Source of the DNA: a virus
Lineage: Duplodnaviria; Caudoviricetes
Strand: one strand, 5' to 3'
IMG/VR virus record: IMGVR_UViG_3300026549_000034
Span: 1-64,000 of that record
Length of the DNA stretch: 64,000 bases
Part shown: one piece after another, positions 36,935 through 47,336 of the stretch
Numbering within the stretch: the first letter of the stretch is position 1
How the letters are laid out: each line of letters starts with the position of its first letter
The notes under the pieces: generated by a model
The model's input: the letters and a program-made list of their open reading frames with translations, nothing else
Databases searched by the model: none
Told to the model about the DNA's origin: nothing
Translations under genes and position numbers: made by a program

Positions 36935-37359
36935 ATTTAGATAATATACAAAATGGAAATACTCTTTATGGAGCATGTGTATTTTGCAAAAATACAGAAG
37001 AGCCTATAGATTATTCCGTAAAAATTATTCCCATAAAAATTACAGACATAAAATATAAAGAAAATAATCATTATATTAAGTTTTATATAAATGATGTTAA
37101 ATATAGTAATAAAATATTTGAAAAGGAAATTTTAGATTATGATATGAAAAGAAATCATTTTACCGTATCTAATGTATATAATGTTTATGGTTTTGATGGT
37201 ATGTCATTTATTGAAATATTTTCTTCAAAAAAAGATGCATATGAATATGGTAAGAAATATATAAATAATATTATAGATATATATCATAAAAAAATAGATT
37301 ATTATATAAAAAGATTACAAGCATTAGAAAATAATATTAAAGAATTAAAATATGAATAA
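36931..37359 (+). CDS. hypothetical protein
   Basis: 142 aa ORF. Confidence 0.65.
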   Translation: MNLDNIQNGNTLYGACVFCKNTEEPIDYSVKIIPIKITDIKYKENNHYIKFYINDVKYSNKIFEKEILDYDMKRNHFTVSNVYNVYGFDGMSFIEIFSSKKDAYEYGKKYINNIIDIYHKKIDYYIKRLQALENNIKELKYE

Positions 37360-37639
37360 CGATTTACTATTAAACGGTGGTGGTGTTCCTACAATTGGAA
37401 AGCCAAAAATTGATCCACGTGATTATGAAACTATAAAATGCTCACACTGTGGAGGTATTATATTTGAAGAAAAATATATATTGAAAAGGGTTTCAGGAGT
37501 AGAACTTGGTCAAGGTGCAAGAGATATGATGATACCGTTAAATGTTCTTGTATGCAGTCAATGTCATAATATCATGGATGATGATATTAAAGGATATAAA
37601 TTAGAAAAGGATTTAGGTTTAGAAAATAATAGCAAATAA
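37352..37639 (+). CDS. zinc-ribbon protein
   Basis: CSHCG ... CSQCH. Confidence 0.7.
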   Translation: MNNDLLLNGGGVPTIGKPKIDPRDYETIKCSHCGGIIFEEKYILKRVSGVELGQGARDMMIPLNVLVCSQCHNIMDDDIKGYKLEKDLGLENNSK

Positions 37640-37647
37640 TTAAATAC

Positions 37648-37917
37648 ATGGAAGATAAAATTATTTTATATAATAGAGATGGTGGGCATCTATGGTTAGA
37701 ACATATTAAAGACAAATTATGGGCTTTTATGTCTGACAATGATTCATTATTTGTAAATTATGCAAGATTCATTTTTGATGAAAACAAATTGCTTGAAGCT
37801 TTTGATCCACCAGGAGGTCCGTATATATCAGTAGGTTCAATTATAAATGATAAGTATATTGTTAAGTCTATTGAAGGCAATTTATTGTTTTTTGAACTTG
37901 AAGAAATTAAGAAATAA
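37648..37917 (+). CDS. hypothetical protein
   Basis: 89 aa ORF, DPPGGPYI motif. Confidence 0.65.
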   Translation: MEDKIILYNRDGGHLWLEHIKDKLWAFMSDNDSLFVNYARFIFDENKLLEAFDPPGGPYISVGSIINDKYIVKSIEGNLLFFELEEIKK

Positions 37918-37985
37918 TTTTTTATACAATATTAAATTTTTATTGAATTAATTCTATATTATATATATCATTAAATAAATATAGT

Positions 37986-38162
37986 ATGGAATTAATTCTT
38001 TTAGTATTATTTGGTATATTAGTATTTGTAATACTTGGTATATGCGGATGGATAATCAAAATAATAGGAAGTATTTTTGAATTTTTACTCGATGGGTGTA
38101 TGAATTCTATAGGTTGCCTTGTATGGGTAATAGTATTTATAGTAATCATATGTTCAATTTAA
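37986..38162 (+). CDS. small two-TM membrane protein (58 aa)
   Basis: Manual ORF MELILLVLFG...VIICSI after promoter motif 37931-37960. Confidence 0.6.
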   Translation: MELILLVLFGILVFVILGICGWIIKIIGSIFEFLLDGCMNSIGCLVWVIVFIVIICSI

Positions 38163-38214
38163 CTTAACAAAAAATATTTTTAAAAAATTAGCAAAATATA
38201 TAATAAATAAAATT

Positions 38215-38520
38215 ATGAATAATATAACAAAACGTTGGAATATAATTGTAATAGTAATATTGGCAGTATTTAGTTTAAGTAAATGTACTCAATCTTGCTC
38301 TCGTCAAACAATCATTAATAATAAAGAAATAACTATTCATGAAAAGGATTCATTACTTAAAGTAGCAAATGATTCTATAAACATGTTAAATACCAAAATA
38401 CAAATTTATGAAGAACGTATTTCTGGTTTGACAAATTCATTAACTATTCAAGAAGAAGCAGCTCGTCGTATATCTGAAGCAAAAAAGAATATTAGTGTAA
38501 CTGTTAAAGAAAGAAAATAG
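38215..38520 (+). CDS. membrane-anchored coiled-coil protein
   Basis: N-terminal hydrophobic segment then coiled coil. Confidence 0.6.
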   Translation: MNNITKRWNIIVIVILAVFSLSKCTQSCSRQTIINNKEITIHEKDSLLKVANDSINMLNTKIQIYEERISGLTNSLTIQEEAARRISEAKKNISVTVKERK

Positions 38521-38523
38521 TAT

Positions 38524-39273
38524 ATGAAAAGAATAACAATAGGCGATCCGCATGGGCGTTGGAATGCATTTAAACAAATCTATGATAAAGAACAACCTGA
38601 TGAAGTTATTGTGGTTGGGGATTATTTTGATTCATTTGATATAGATGCTTATGCTCAAAGGGAATGCTATGACAACATTATAAATCTTCGTAAAGAACAT
38701 CTTAAGAAATTTGGTAGAGGATTTCATATGCTTATCGGAAATCATGATATGCATTACATGGATGAAAGTTTTGGTAGGTGTTCTGGTTGGAATTATCTTA
38801 CTTATTCTCAGGCAGGATATCCTCTTTGTAGAGATTGGGATAAAGGAATATTGCAAATAGTTTTCATTGATGAAATAAACAAGACTATCTATTCACATGC
38901 AGGTGTCACAATGAATTGGTTTCAACAATGGATTAAATCAAACAATTTGGGCGATATTAATACTATTGAGACAAAGGCATTCCAGTTTACTTACAAAAAT
39001 GGCGGAGACTATTATGGAAGTTCATCATGGAACAGCCCATTGTGGGTACGTCCAGAAGGATTGGCTAAATCCCCATATACGGAATGTGCAGATGGAAATG
39101 GAATTATATGGTCACAAGTGTTTGGACATACAGAACCAAAAGCACCTCACCATTGGATAGATACAAGAGGAGAATTTTGGGGAATTGATTGTATAAACAG
39201 AGGATATCTTGTTGAAGAGTTTGATGATGACAATAAGTTAGTTTCAAGAAAATTTTCATATGTCAACTACTAA
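38524..39273 (+). CDS. calcineurin-like metallophosphoesterase
   Basis: GDPHG, GDYFD, GNHD, SHAG, FGHT. Confidence 0.9.
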   Translation: MKRITIGDPHGRWNAFKQIYDKEQPDEVIVVGDYFDSFDIDAYAQRECYDNIINLRKEHLKKFGRGFHMLIGNHDMHYMDESFGRCSGWNYLTYSQAGYPLCRDWDKGILQIVFIDEINKTIYSHAGVTMNWFQQWIKSNNLGDINTIETKAFQFTYKNGGDYYGSSSWNSPLWVRPEGLAKSPYTECADGNGIIWSQVFGHTEPKAPHHWIDTRGEFWGIDCINRGYLVEEFDDDNKLVSRKFSYVNY

Positions 39274-39670
39274 ATCATGCAGTATTAATATTAAAAAACT
39301 AAATAAGTTTCTTTTAGATCTTGACAATGAATATGATATTAATAGTGGAGCGTGCGCATTAATAGCAAGTATAATAGCAAAATATCTTGAAAATAATGAC
39401 ATAAAATATAGAACTAAAGTCTACTATTATGAAGATAACTATGAATATGCTTGGCATTATTCATTAGTTGTTAACAATATTGAAATTAATCCTTCAACAT
39501 ACGAATATCAAGAATGGGAATGTGAAATAACAAGAATTGAAGATAATTGGGATAGTAATGAACTATTAGAAAAGTATAATAGTATTATTGATGATTCTAA
39601 TTATTGGAAATGTAATAATGAAAAGAAAGTAATCAATTTGTTGGCAAACTTTTTGTCTAATGAAATTTAA
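39260..39670 (+). CDS. hypothetical protein
   Basis: 136 aa; INSGAC...WHY possible Cys-His dyad. Confidence 0.6.
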   Translation: MSTTKSCSINIKKLNKFLLDLDNEYDINSGACALIASIIAKYLENNDIKYRTKVYYYEDNYEYAWHYSLVVNNIEINPSTYEYQEWECEITRIEDNWDSNELLEKYNSIIDDSNYWKCNNEKKVINLLANFLSNEI

Positions 39671-39971
39671 TGAATGGATTGTCTTTAAGACAAATAAGTG
39701 TTTCTTCACATGCATTACAATTTTTCTTGAAGTTCACTACTTGTTCTACGGTAAGATCAAACCATTCATTTTTTACTCTTGAACTCACATATCTTACATG
39801 CATCATTTGTTCAATATTATATGGATATTCGGTTTTGTAATAAGAACTTATATAGATTTCATTAGGGTTGCCTGTTTGTAATTCTGCAATTCTTTTATGA
39901 ATGTCCTTTTGCTTAGTCATTCCTATCTTAAAACGTTCACCATCACAAAGCAAATAAACAAAGCCTTTCAT
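39657..39971 (-). CDS. GIY-YIG family (T5orf172/MUG113-like) protein
   Basis: VYLL..FKIG.T....RIAELQTGNP...E...H...EWF. Confidence 0.85.
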   Translation of the reverse strand: MKGFVYLLCDGERFKIGMTKQKDIHKRIAELQTGNPNEIYISSYYKTEYPYNIEQMMHVRYVSSRVKNEWFDLTVEQVVNFKKNCNACEETLICLKDNPFIKFH

Positions 39972-39984
39972 TTAATCAATATCA

Positions 39985-41031
39985 TTAATCATATAATTTC
40001 TTTTTTAATAAACTTCCAAACATTTCTTTAAATGTTTTTAAGTTAACTACTTCATAGTCAATTGCAGCTAATACATATCCATAAAGACCACCGCCTTCAT
40101 CAGTTACTACATCAAATGTTACATCAATTGATTTATCTCCCTTTTCAACAGTTACAATAAATCCTTCTGTCCATGCTCTTCCATTTTTTCTCATTGCATC
40201 TTTACCTGCTTTTGTTTTAGCATTTTTAAATGCTTCTTTCCAAGTAATAGTGTAATCTGTTAATGATTCAAAATATTTATATACTGATTTTGTTATCCAA
40301 CTTTCAGCTATTTTTTTAGTTTCTTTATCTAAACGTTTCATATCTGAATCATCGACCTTTTCATCATCTGCTTTATATTTTTCTGTATAAGCAACAATTT
40401 CTGCTTTAGTAAGAAGCTTTCTATCTGTTATTGCATATCCAAATACTGATATTGCTTCTTCCCATCCAATTTTAATAGCAGCTATCCAACGAGCAACAAG
40501 TTTATTATCATCTTTAATAGATTTAACTAATCTTTCTGGATCTGAACGCTTATTAAAATATGCTTTCATTTTAGCTATATGCTTTTCATCTGTTTTATAT
40601 TTAGAAGTATCTGCATTTTGAACATCACTTGCAAATTTTTCTGCAGCTTTCTTTTCTTTTTCTGCTTCACCATCTATTGCTTCTTTACGTTTCTCATCTT
40701 TCTCAGGATCATATTTAAAACAAAGAATAGCATAATATTTACTATTTGCATTTACTTTTCTAAATCTGCTAATGCCTTTGTTATTAGATAAACGTTCTTT
40801 CCAATCATCAACTTTATCTCTACTTATTCCATAAAGAGCATAATTTTGAACTTTATCAAATATGTTTTGAATATATATACCTGAATTACCACTAAGCCAA
40901 CTATTAGAGCCTAAGCCATATAATGAATTAAGCCATTCTATATCTGACATACTTGCAATTCTACCTTCAAGTAATAATTCATTAGTATTTAATTCTTTTT
41001 GTTCTCTTATAAATCTATTTAAGGATTTCAT
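39985..41031 (-). CDS. hypothetical protein with capsid-targeting-like N-terminus
   Basis: MKSLNRFIRE...LLEG. Confidence 0.7.
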   Translation of the reverse strand: MKSLNRFIREQKELNTNELLLEGRIASMSDIEWLNSLYGLGSNSWLSGNSGIYIQNIFDKVQNYALYGISRDKVDDWKERLSNNKGISRFRKVNANSKYYAILCFKYDPEKDEKRKEAIDGEAEKEKKAAEKFASDVQNADTSKYKTDEKHIAKMKAYFNKRSDPERLVKSIKDDNKLVARWIAAIKIGWEEAISVFGYAITDRKLLTKAEIVAYTEKYKADDEKVDDSDMKRLDKETKKIAESWITKSVYKYFESLTDYTITWKEAFKNAKTKAGKDAMRKNGRAWTEGFIVTVEKGDKSIDVTFDVVTDEGGGLYGYVLAAIDYEVVNLKTFKEMFGSLLKKKLYD

Positions 41032-41225
41032 ATTTTATATCTTCTAAATTTTTTTCTTCTTTTGTATAATTTTCCAGTTTTTACATCGATACACATTGGC
41101 TGTGGAATATCTCCTGACCCAACTTGAGAATTATCCATACTTGGTGCACTTGGATTACCCATACCAATAGTATTCATTGGTGTTGCAAACAATTCTTCTT
41201 CAATATATTCTTTTAAGCTTTTCAT
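41028..41225 (-). CDS. small protein with capsid-targeting-like N-terminus
   Basis: MKSLKEYIEE; start reassigned to 41225. Confidence 0.65.
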   Translation of the reverse strand: MKSLKEYIEEELFATPMNTIGMGNPSAPSMDNSQVGSGDIPQPMCIDVKTGKLYKRRKKFRRYKI

Positions 41226-41584
41226 TTTAGATCTTGTGAAGTAAAACCTATAAATATACAAGGGATATCATATAAATATTTCATTATGCCTTCTGCATTT
41301 GTATGTTTATTAGCAATTTCTTTTATTTCTTTAAATTTCTTTGCTAACTTATCATCTGGCATTCCATTATATTCAGGTACATACTTCTTTATTATATCAT
41401 CTACTTTACGTAATTCACTTTCATTTGCAATATCATATATATAAACATAATAAGAACTATAAAGTTTATGTTTTGATGATACAAGACTGACACTTGTTCC
41501 CCAATTTTCAAATTCTTTCTTTATTTTGTTTATTATAGTAGTTGTTGAACTTGACTCTGAAATATATTGAATAATTTTTTTCAT
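41222..41584 (-). CDS. hypothetical protein with capsid-targeting-like N-terminus
   Basis: MKKIIQYISE. Confidence 0.65.
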   Translation of the reverse strand: MKKIIQYISESSSTTTIINKIKKEFENWGTSVSLVSSKHKLYSSYYVYIYDIANESELRKVDDIIKKYVPEYNGMPDDKLAKKFKEIKEIANKHTNAEGIMKYLYDIPCIFIGFTSQDLK

Positions 41585-41640
41585 ATATTATTAAATTTTT
41601 GAAATATTTATACTATATTTATTAAAAATAAATTAAAAAT

Positions 41641-42135
41641 ATGAATGTAAATATCAGTAATTCAAAAAATGTAATAAGGCATTTTAAATTTGAGCCGACA
41701 GATATAAATAAGTATATTGTTCTCAAATTTAGATATGAGCAGCATATGTTTACAAACAATTCTATGTTTGGTTCAACATTAGTCATAAACAAGCATGAAT
41801 TGTCAATGAGAAATACTGATTATTTGTATGGGGTGTATAAAATAGAGTGGCATAGTGATTATTTTAAGATGCATAATGATATGTCTTATAAAGTACAGCT
41901 TACACCAGTTGGCTTTTGGAAAGACTATTGTCCAAATAGATCATGGTATACAAGCGATGTAGAACAAATTATTAATGAGGATTATGATTTGTTTAATGAA
42001 ATGCCTCTTTTTGATACTTATAAAGATGCTGAGAATTTTGCAGTAAAGAAAAATGATGAACTTTACCCATATATTCCTACTAAATTCGAAAAATTTAAGT
42101 CATATATTAAGGGTTTATTTAAAAAGGAAGTATGA
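41641..42135 (+). CDS. hypothetical protein
   Basis: 164 aa ORF after promoter motif. Confidence 0.7.
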   Translation: MNVNISNSKNVIRHFKFEPTDINKYIVLKFRYEQHMFTNNSMFGSTLVINKHELSMRNTDYLYGVYKIEWHSDYFKMHNDMSYKVQLTPVGFWKDYCPNRSWYTSDVEQIINEDYDLFNEMPLFDTYKDAENFAVKKNDELYPYIPTKFEKFKSYIKGLFKKEV

Positions 42136-42431
42136 TACTTAGAATTCTACAATTGAAAGATAATGATGATTTAAGAGCATATTATTTTGCATCATTAGAT
42201 CTATTGAAAGACTTGAATCTTGAAGTAGACATAAATAACTATGATGTTGTATATGTTGATAATGATTTCAATCTTAAGTCAAAAGATATTTTAGAGGAAA
42301 TTTACATATTATTTCAAGGTCAAAAACCAATATCTTATACAGGACATTCACTGTCAGTTGCAGATATTATAGAACTTGATGGCGAACAATATTACGTTGA
42401 TAGTTATGGGTTTGAAAAATTAAAAAAATAA
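42132..42431 (+). CDS. YodL-domain protein
   Basis: LEEIY..F...P..YTGHSLSVADII....YYVDSYGF. Confidence 0.85.
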   Translation: MILRILQLKDNDDLRAYYFASLDLLKDLNLEVDINNYDVVYVDNDFNLKSKDILEEIYILFQGQKPISYTGHSLSVADIIELDGEQYYVDSYGFEKLKK

Positions 42432-42710
42432 TATAAAATTAAAAAATATTTTTTAAGATACCATGTAATATAGAATTTATTCATTCTCCTATATTCCGAT
42501 GAATTCTGTGTGCATGATATGTTAAAAAATAATAAAATATATATTTATAATATTTTAGTTTAGTAGGGTGTAGATATGACATTTTTTTCAGTTCTACATT
42601 TTCTAAAATATTTTGAATATATTTAAATTTTGTTAATATTAAAATCTATATTGTATATATAAAACTGAAAGTAGTAAATTAGTAATATTAATTTTTAAAA
42701 AATTTTAATT

Positions 42711-43124
42711 ATGAAGTTTGAATATTATAATCCTAATGTGGATGCAAAAACATTTAAGTCAGGAAAGCCAAAGTTTTGGAATCGAAATGATAGTTCTGTA
42801 AGAGCAATTTGTAAAGCAATTGACAAAGATTGGATCACAGTTTATGATGAGTTATGCAATATTGGTCATAGTTATAATGATATGCCAAGTTCTAAACAAG
42901 TTGTAACAAATATGTTGTCTAATTATGGATATGAGTTAGTAACACTTGGAAAGCCAGTACAAGGTCAAAAACGCCCTACTATTGAAGAATTTGCTCAAGA
43001 ACATAATGAAGGAACTTATGTTTTATATCTTAGGGATTATTATATTACTATGATAGACGGCGTCCTTTATAATACTGAGAATTTTGCCGAAGAAAAAGTA
43101 TATTCATATTGGTATGTTAAATAG
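42711..43124 (+). CDS. paralog of the 33811 C-terminal domain lacking Cys/His
   Basis: YYNPN...DSSVRAI...GTYVL...Y. Confidence 0.65.
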   Translation: MKFEYYNPNVDAKTFKSGKPKFWNRNDSSVRAICKAIDKDWITVYDELCNIGHSYNDMPSSKQVVTNMLSNYGYELVTLGKPVQGQKRPTIEEFAQEHNEGTYVLYLRDYYITMIDGVLYNTENFAEEKVYSYWYVK

Positions 43125-43202
43125 AATTTCTTAGAAATTTATTAAAACCATATTTTATATTTATCTATTTTTTATATATAAAGATATGTATATGAATATA
43201 TA

Positions 43203-43748
43203 ATGATAGATAAATATCAGACATTAGTCATTAATTTAATTGGTGGTCCATGTTCAGGTAAATCAACAATTGCTGCGGAATTATTTGCTCGTCTAAAGAA
43301 GATGGGTATTCATTGTGAGCTAGTTTCAGAATATATTAAAGAAAGAATATATGAAGAAAATAAAACAATGCCCGTTAATCAAATTGCAATATTTGGTATG
43401 GAGCATTATTCAGTATCAAATAAGATAGGAAAAGTTGATGTTATAGTTCATGATGGATCTTTTATAAACAATATTATCTATAAAAAGGAAGATAATCCTG
43501 AATTTGATGAACTAATTGTTTCTGAATATAAAAAATTCAATAATTTAGATTTCTTTGTTAAACGTGGAAATATTGAATTTGAAGATTATGGGCGTATACA
43601 TAACCTTAAACAGTCAAAAGAATTAGATAAAATAATTAAAGATACATATCAGAAATATGGATTAAATTTTATAGAAGTAGAAGCAAGAGATGCAGTTGAT
43701 AAAATGATACCTATTATTTTAAAAAATATTAATGAAAATAATAATTAA
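43203..43748 (+). CDS. P-loop nucleotide kinase/AAA_28 (NadR-like)
   Basis: GGPCSGKST, E..K, GRIH. Confidence 0.8.
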   Translation: MIDKYQTLVINLIGGPCSGKSTIAAELFARLKKMGIHCELVSEYIKERIYEENKTMPVNQIAIFGMEHYSVSNKIGKVDVIVHDGSFINNIIYKKEDNPEFDELIVSEYKKFNNLDFFVKRGNIEFEDYGRIHNLKQSKELDKIIKDTYQKYGLNFIEVEARDAVDKMIPIILKNINENNN

Positions 43749-43772
43749 TTTAGAACAAATATAACTTATAAA

Positions 43773-44120
43773 TTAAAAAACTTCATTCTTTTTGCACCGT
43801 TTAATTATTTCATCATTATGATCTTCTATAAATGTAGATAATGCATAAATATCAATTTGCAATTTTTCAGACATGGTTTTCATCTCACCTTGGAAATAAT
43901 CTAATATATTAAGTATATTTTTGTTAAAATATTTAGTTAATAAAGTAAATCTATTAGTTTTATCTCTTTTATGGCTAACAGGTATAGTATATATGTCATC
44001 TTCCAACAACCAATCAGATAAATAAGTAATAATATTGTGCATCATTATTTTGTTTTTATCTGGTAGATTGATATTTTTAATATTTAGTTTTTATATAATA
44101 GTATCTTTTAAATTTTTCAT
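43773..44120 (-). pseudogene. tagged protein with premature TAA at codon 10
   Basis: MKNLKDTII*KLNIKNINL continues in frame into the 90 aa ORF. Confidence 0.6.
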
Positions 44121-44146
44121 TTGTATTTTAGATTTTATTTTTTATT

Positions 44147-44677
44147 CTAATACCATTTTGGTGGATTTTTTTCTAAAGAAGAACCCTTAAACATATTTCT
44201 CATGTCTTTAACATTGCTTACATTCCAATTAGATATATCTCCCTTGAATTCTGAATATTCAAACATACAATACATAATTTCAACATTACTTACATCCCAA
44301 TTAGATATATCTCCATTGAATTTAGAATCATAAAACATATTTGTCATTATTTCAACATTGCTTACATCCCAATTTGATATATCTCCATTTTCTCCTGTAA
44401 ATTTAGAATTAAAAAACATATCATTCATATTTTTAACATTACTTACATTCCATTTAGATATATCTCCATTGAATGCCGAATATTCAAATATGTTTGACAT
44501 ATCATTTATTTCTGATGTATCTATATCATTCAAATCAGCATTCCATCCACGTTCTTTAATAAGTTTTTTTACTAATTCTTTTAATTCATCTCTTGTTTTG
44601 GGATGATAATTATATTGATGTACTTTAATATTCTTTATATTAAGCTTCTCAGATATATAGTTATTTAATTTCTTCAT
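44147..44677 (-). CDS. DUF285/BspA-like repeat protein
   Basis: FNGDISNWDVSNV..M..MF repeats; MKKLNNYISEKL. Confidence 0.85.
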   Translation of the reverse strand: MKKLNNYISEKLNIKNIKVHQYNYHPKTRDELKELVKKLIKERGWNADLNDIDTSEINDMSNIFEYSAFNGDISKWNVSNVKNMNDMFFNSKFTGENGDISNWDVSNVEIMTNMFYDSKFNGDISNWDVSNVEIMYCMFEYSEFKGDISNWNVSNVKDMRNMFKGSSLEKNPPKWY

Positions 44678-44680
44678 ATA

Positions 44681-44902
44681 TTAATTATTTGATTTTTTAA
44701 TTCCAATATGCCATTTTCCACATACTTTACATATATAAGGTACATATTTATACATCTTATGTTTTTTTATATAAAGTTTAGCTTCATCAGCGGTTTTAAA
44801 TTTTTTCTTTGGTTTCCATTCGCCATTTTTACGAGCGTAATGTTCACGTTTAATAATATGTTTGTTACAATCAGATCTAGTCGTTTGTCGTTGCTTATTC
44901 AA
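44681..44902 (-). CDS. small basic zinc-finger-like protein
   Basis: Y.CKVCGKWH. Confidence 0.65.
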   Translation of the reverse strand: MNKQRQTTRSDCNKHIIKREHYARKNGEWKPKKKFKTADEAKLYIKKHKMYKYVPYICKVCGKWHIGIKKSNN

Positions 44903-44916
44903 AATTACTTAAATAA

Positions 44917-45369
44917 TTATTTTTTGTTATATACTGGTTTAAAAATTCTATATGTTTCTAAATCATCAGATAAATATGCATATCGAAATGCTGGTAGACG
45001 TCTTTTAAAATTATAATTTTTTATATTAACGTTAGCATATTGTAAAAAATATCCTCCAGATCCCTGCTTTATACAATAGTTACTCTTAAAATGATCTAAA
45101 TGTTTAGCTTTATATCGTATACAATTTACAAAAAAATTTTCTTCTGCATTATTTGTTGTTATATCATCAAATTGTAAATCATTTACATTAATATTATTAT
45201 TTTGTAGACAAATATTTTCTAGTGCAAAAAGATCATCACTATCTATATTATCATTTATAAGATCTTGCATTAGATTACAAAATTCTTTACATGTGAAATT
45301 TTTCTTTTGTGGTATATTTATTTTATGTATATTTAGTTTTTCATATAAACATGTTTTAAGATTTTTCAT
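44917..45369 (-). CDS. hypothetical protein with capsid-targeting-like N-terminus
   Basis: MKNLKTCLYEKLNI. Confidence 0.65.
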   Translation of the reverse strand: MKNLKTCLYEKLNIHKINIPQKKNFTCKEFCNLMQDLINDNIDSDDLFALENICLQNNNINVNDLQFDDITTNNAEENFFVNCIRYKAKHLDHFKSNYCIKQGSGGYFLQYANVNIKNYNFKRRLPAFRYAYLSDDLETYRIFKPVYNKK

Positions 45370-45442
45370 AACAAAAAAATAAATTATATTAAAAATATAT
45401 CAATAAATTACTATATTTACTTATAATTAATAATATTATTTT

Positions 45443-47332
45443 ATGACCAATAAAGAAAAATTAGAGTTATATTATAAAGCTAAAGAAGCTTATTATAATG
45501 GTCAGGAAATTATGACTGACTTTGAGTTCGATAATCTTGAAAAGGAGCTTGGACTGGAGAACAAATCTGAAGTAGGATCACGGCATAATCCTTCCTATAC
45601 AATCAAACATCCATTTATTATGGGTTCTTTAGCAAAAGTTCAAATTCATAAAGATAAGGAAGGAAATATTGACTGGAAAAAATATAGAGGTCAAATATAT
45701 AATTATATTAACATGGAGCATTCATTTCATGTAATTATAACTCCTAAGTTTGATGGGTGCTCATTTGAATGCGAAATAGAGAATAATAAGATTCATACAA
45801 TTTCTTCAAGAGGTGATGGAACTTGGGGTAAGGATCTTATGAATCATCTTATTAATTTAATTCCATCAGAATATGTAAAACTAAATCATAATCATTATAT
45901 TTTACGTGGTGAGGTTCTTGTAAAGAAATCTATATTTGAAAAGAAATATGCAGAACAGTTTACTAATCCTCGTTCATTTGTATCAGGTGTACTTAATAGA
46001 GATTATTCTGGGCTTGATAAGAACTTCTTAGAAATGCTTAATGATCTTTCAATAGTTATTTATGACTATCGAGTAGACTATTATGGAACTTGGACAGATC
46101 ATGATTGGACAGAACTTCCTTATAATGATGTTCTTCCTCAGTTTTCAATGAATGATGTATCTATATATGAGCCAGAAGCAATACCTATCATATATAATGA
46201 ATTTTCAGAGTATAGAAAGAATTGTGAATATACTCTTGATGGTATTGTTATAAAGCCTATTGCAAAAAATAGAATCAATAATTTGACAGAACATCGTCCA
46301 AAGGATTGTGTTGCTATTAAGTTTATTCCAATGCTTGAAGAAACTGAAGTGTTGAACATTACATGGCAACTTGGTAAGACACATGAATATACCCCAATTA
46401 TTTGGGTAAAGCCAGTAGAAATGGATGGTAGAATGGTACAGAAATGTTCCGGTCATAATATTGGATATCTTAGACAAAAAGGAATTACAATTGGGGCAAA
46501 AATCATTATGAGTCTTGCTGGTGACATTATTCCGTTCATGTATAAGGTTACACAGGAAAATCCAAATGGTGAAATTCCTATGCCAACAGACCATGAATAC
46601 TATGAAGATGACATTCATTTGATGGCTATACTTTCTTATGAAGATAAATGTTATTATAAGTTTTTGAATTCCGTTACCTCACTTAACATTCCAACTATAG
46701 GCCCATCAGGTGCTAAGGAAATATTTAAGTATATGACTTCCATTGATTCTATGACACTGGAATTCTTCGGGGAGCAAGCAAAGGAAATACCATATAATAT
46801 ACTTTTCTGTTCACCAGAGGACATTCTATTTGCCTTAGGAGGAAAACTCGGTACAAATGCACAAAAGGCTTTTAAGAATATACTTGAAAATCTTACATTA
46901 AATGATATTATCAAGTCATGTAACTTCAAATTATGTGGAACTAAAGTAACAGATGCGGTTGTTGATTATCTTCTTACTGGTAATGAAAACTTTGAACATC
47001 TAGCATCTGAAGGCTATTCTTGGATATTCAATAACAATTCCCAACAGTATCAAGAAATGAATAAGATTCTTGAACATCTTGGAAAAACTATTGAAGATTT
47101 TAAGACGCAACATGAAAAGACAGTAAAAGCAATGTCAAATCAAATTCCAGTTATTCTTACAGGTGAACCAAATAATTATAGAACAAAAGGTGAATTCTTA
47201 GATTGCCATCCAGAATATAGAAATACAACATCTTGGAAAGAAGTACAAATTGTATTTACTAATTCATTGGATAGTAATACTGGAAAAATGAAGAAGGCAA
47301 GAGAAAAAGGTATAAAAATTGAATTATATTAA
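45443..47332 (+). CDS. ligA: NAD-dependent DNA ligase
   Basis: YYNG..IMTD.EFD.LE, MGSL.K, KFDG, SRGDG, RGE, NPR, DGIV, AIKF, GDIIP, BRCT-like tail. Confidence 0.93.
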   Translation: MTNKEKLELYYKAKEAYYNGQEIMTDFEFDNLEKELGLENKSEVGSRHNPSYTIKHPFIMGSLAKVQIHKDKEGNIDWKKYRGQIYNYINMEHSFHVIITPKFDGCSFECEIENNKIHTISSRGDGTWGKDLMNHLINLIPSEYVKLNHNHYILRGEVLVKKSIFEKKYAEQFTNPRSFVSGVLNRDYSGLDKNFLEMLNDLSIVIYDYRVDYYGTWTDHDWTELPYNDVLPQFSMNDVSIYEPEAIPIIYNEFSEYRKNCEYTLDGIVIKPIAKNRINNLTEHRPKDCVAIKFIPMLEETEVLNITWQLGKTHEYTPIIWVKPVEMDGRMVQKCSGHNIGYLRQKGITIGAKIIMSLAGDIIPFMYKVTQENPNGEIPMPTDHEYYEDDIHLMAILSYEDKCYYKFLNSVTSLNIPTIGPSGAKEIFKYMTSIDSMTLEFFGEQAKEIPYNILFCSPEDILFALGGKLGTNAQKAFKNILENLTLNDIIKSCNFKLCGTKVTDAVVDYLLTGNENFEHLASEGYSWIFNNNSQQYQEMNKILEHLGKTIEDFKTQHEKTVKAMSNQIPVILTGEPNNYRTKGEFLDCHPEYRNTTSWKEVQIVFTNSLDSNTGKMKKAREKGIKIELY

Positions 47333-47336
47333 AAAA

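Noticed and set aside
38215-39273. In-frame TAG readthrough fusing the coiled-coil protein to the phosphoesterase
   Set aside because: The phosphoesterase is complete from its own ATG; in-frame spacing has a one in three chance
42455-42612. Intergenic long hairpins as a small RNA
   Set aside because: AT-rich imperfect stems with no second copy or motif; could be terminators or chance
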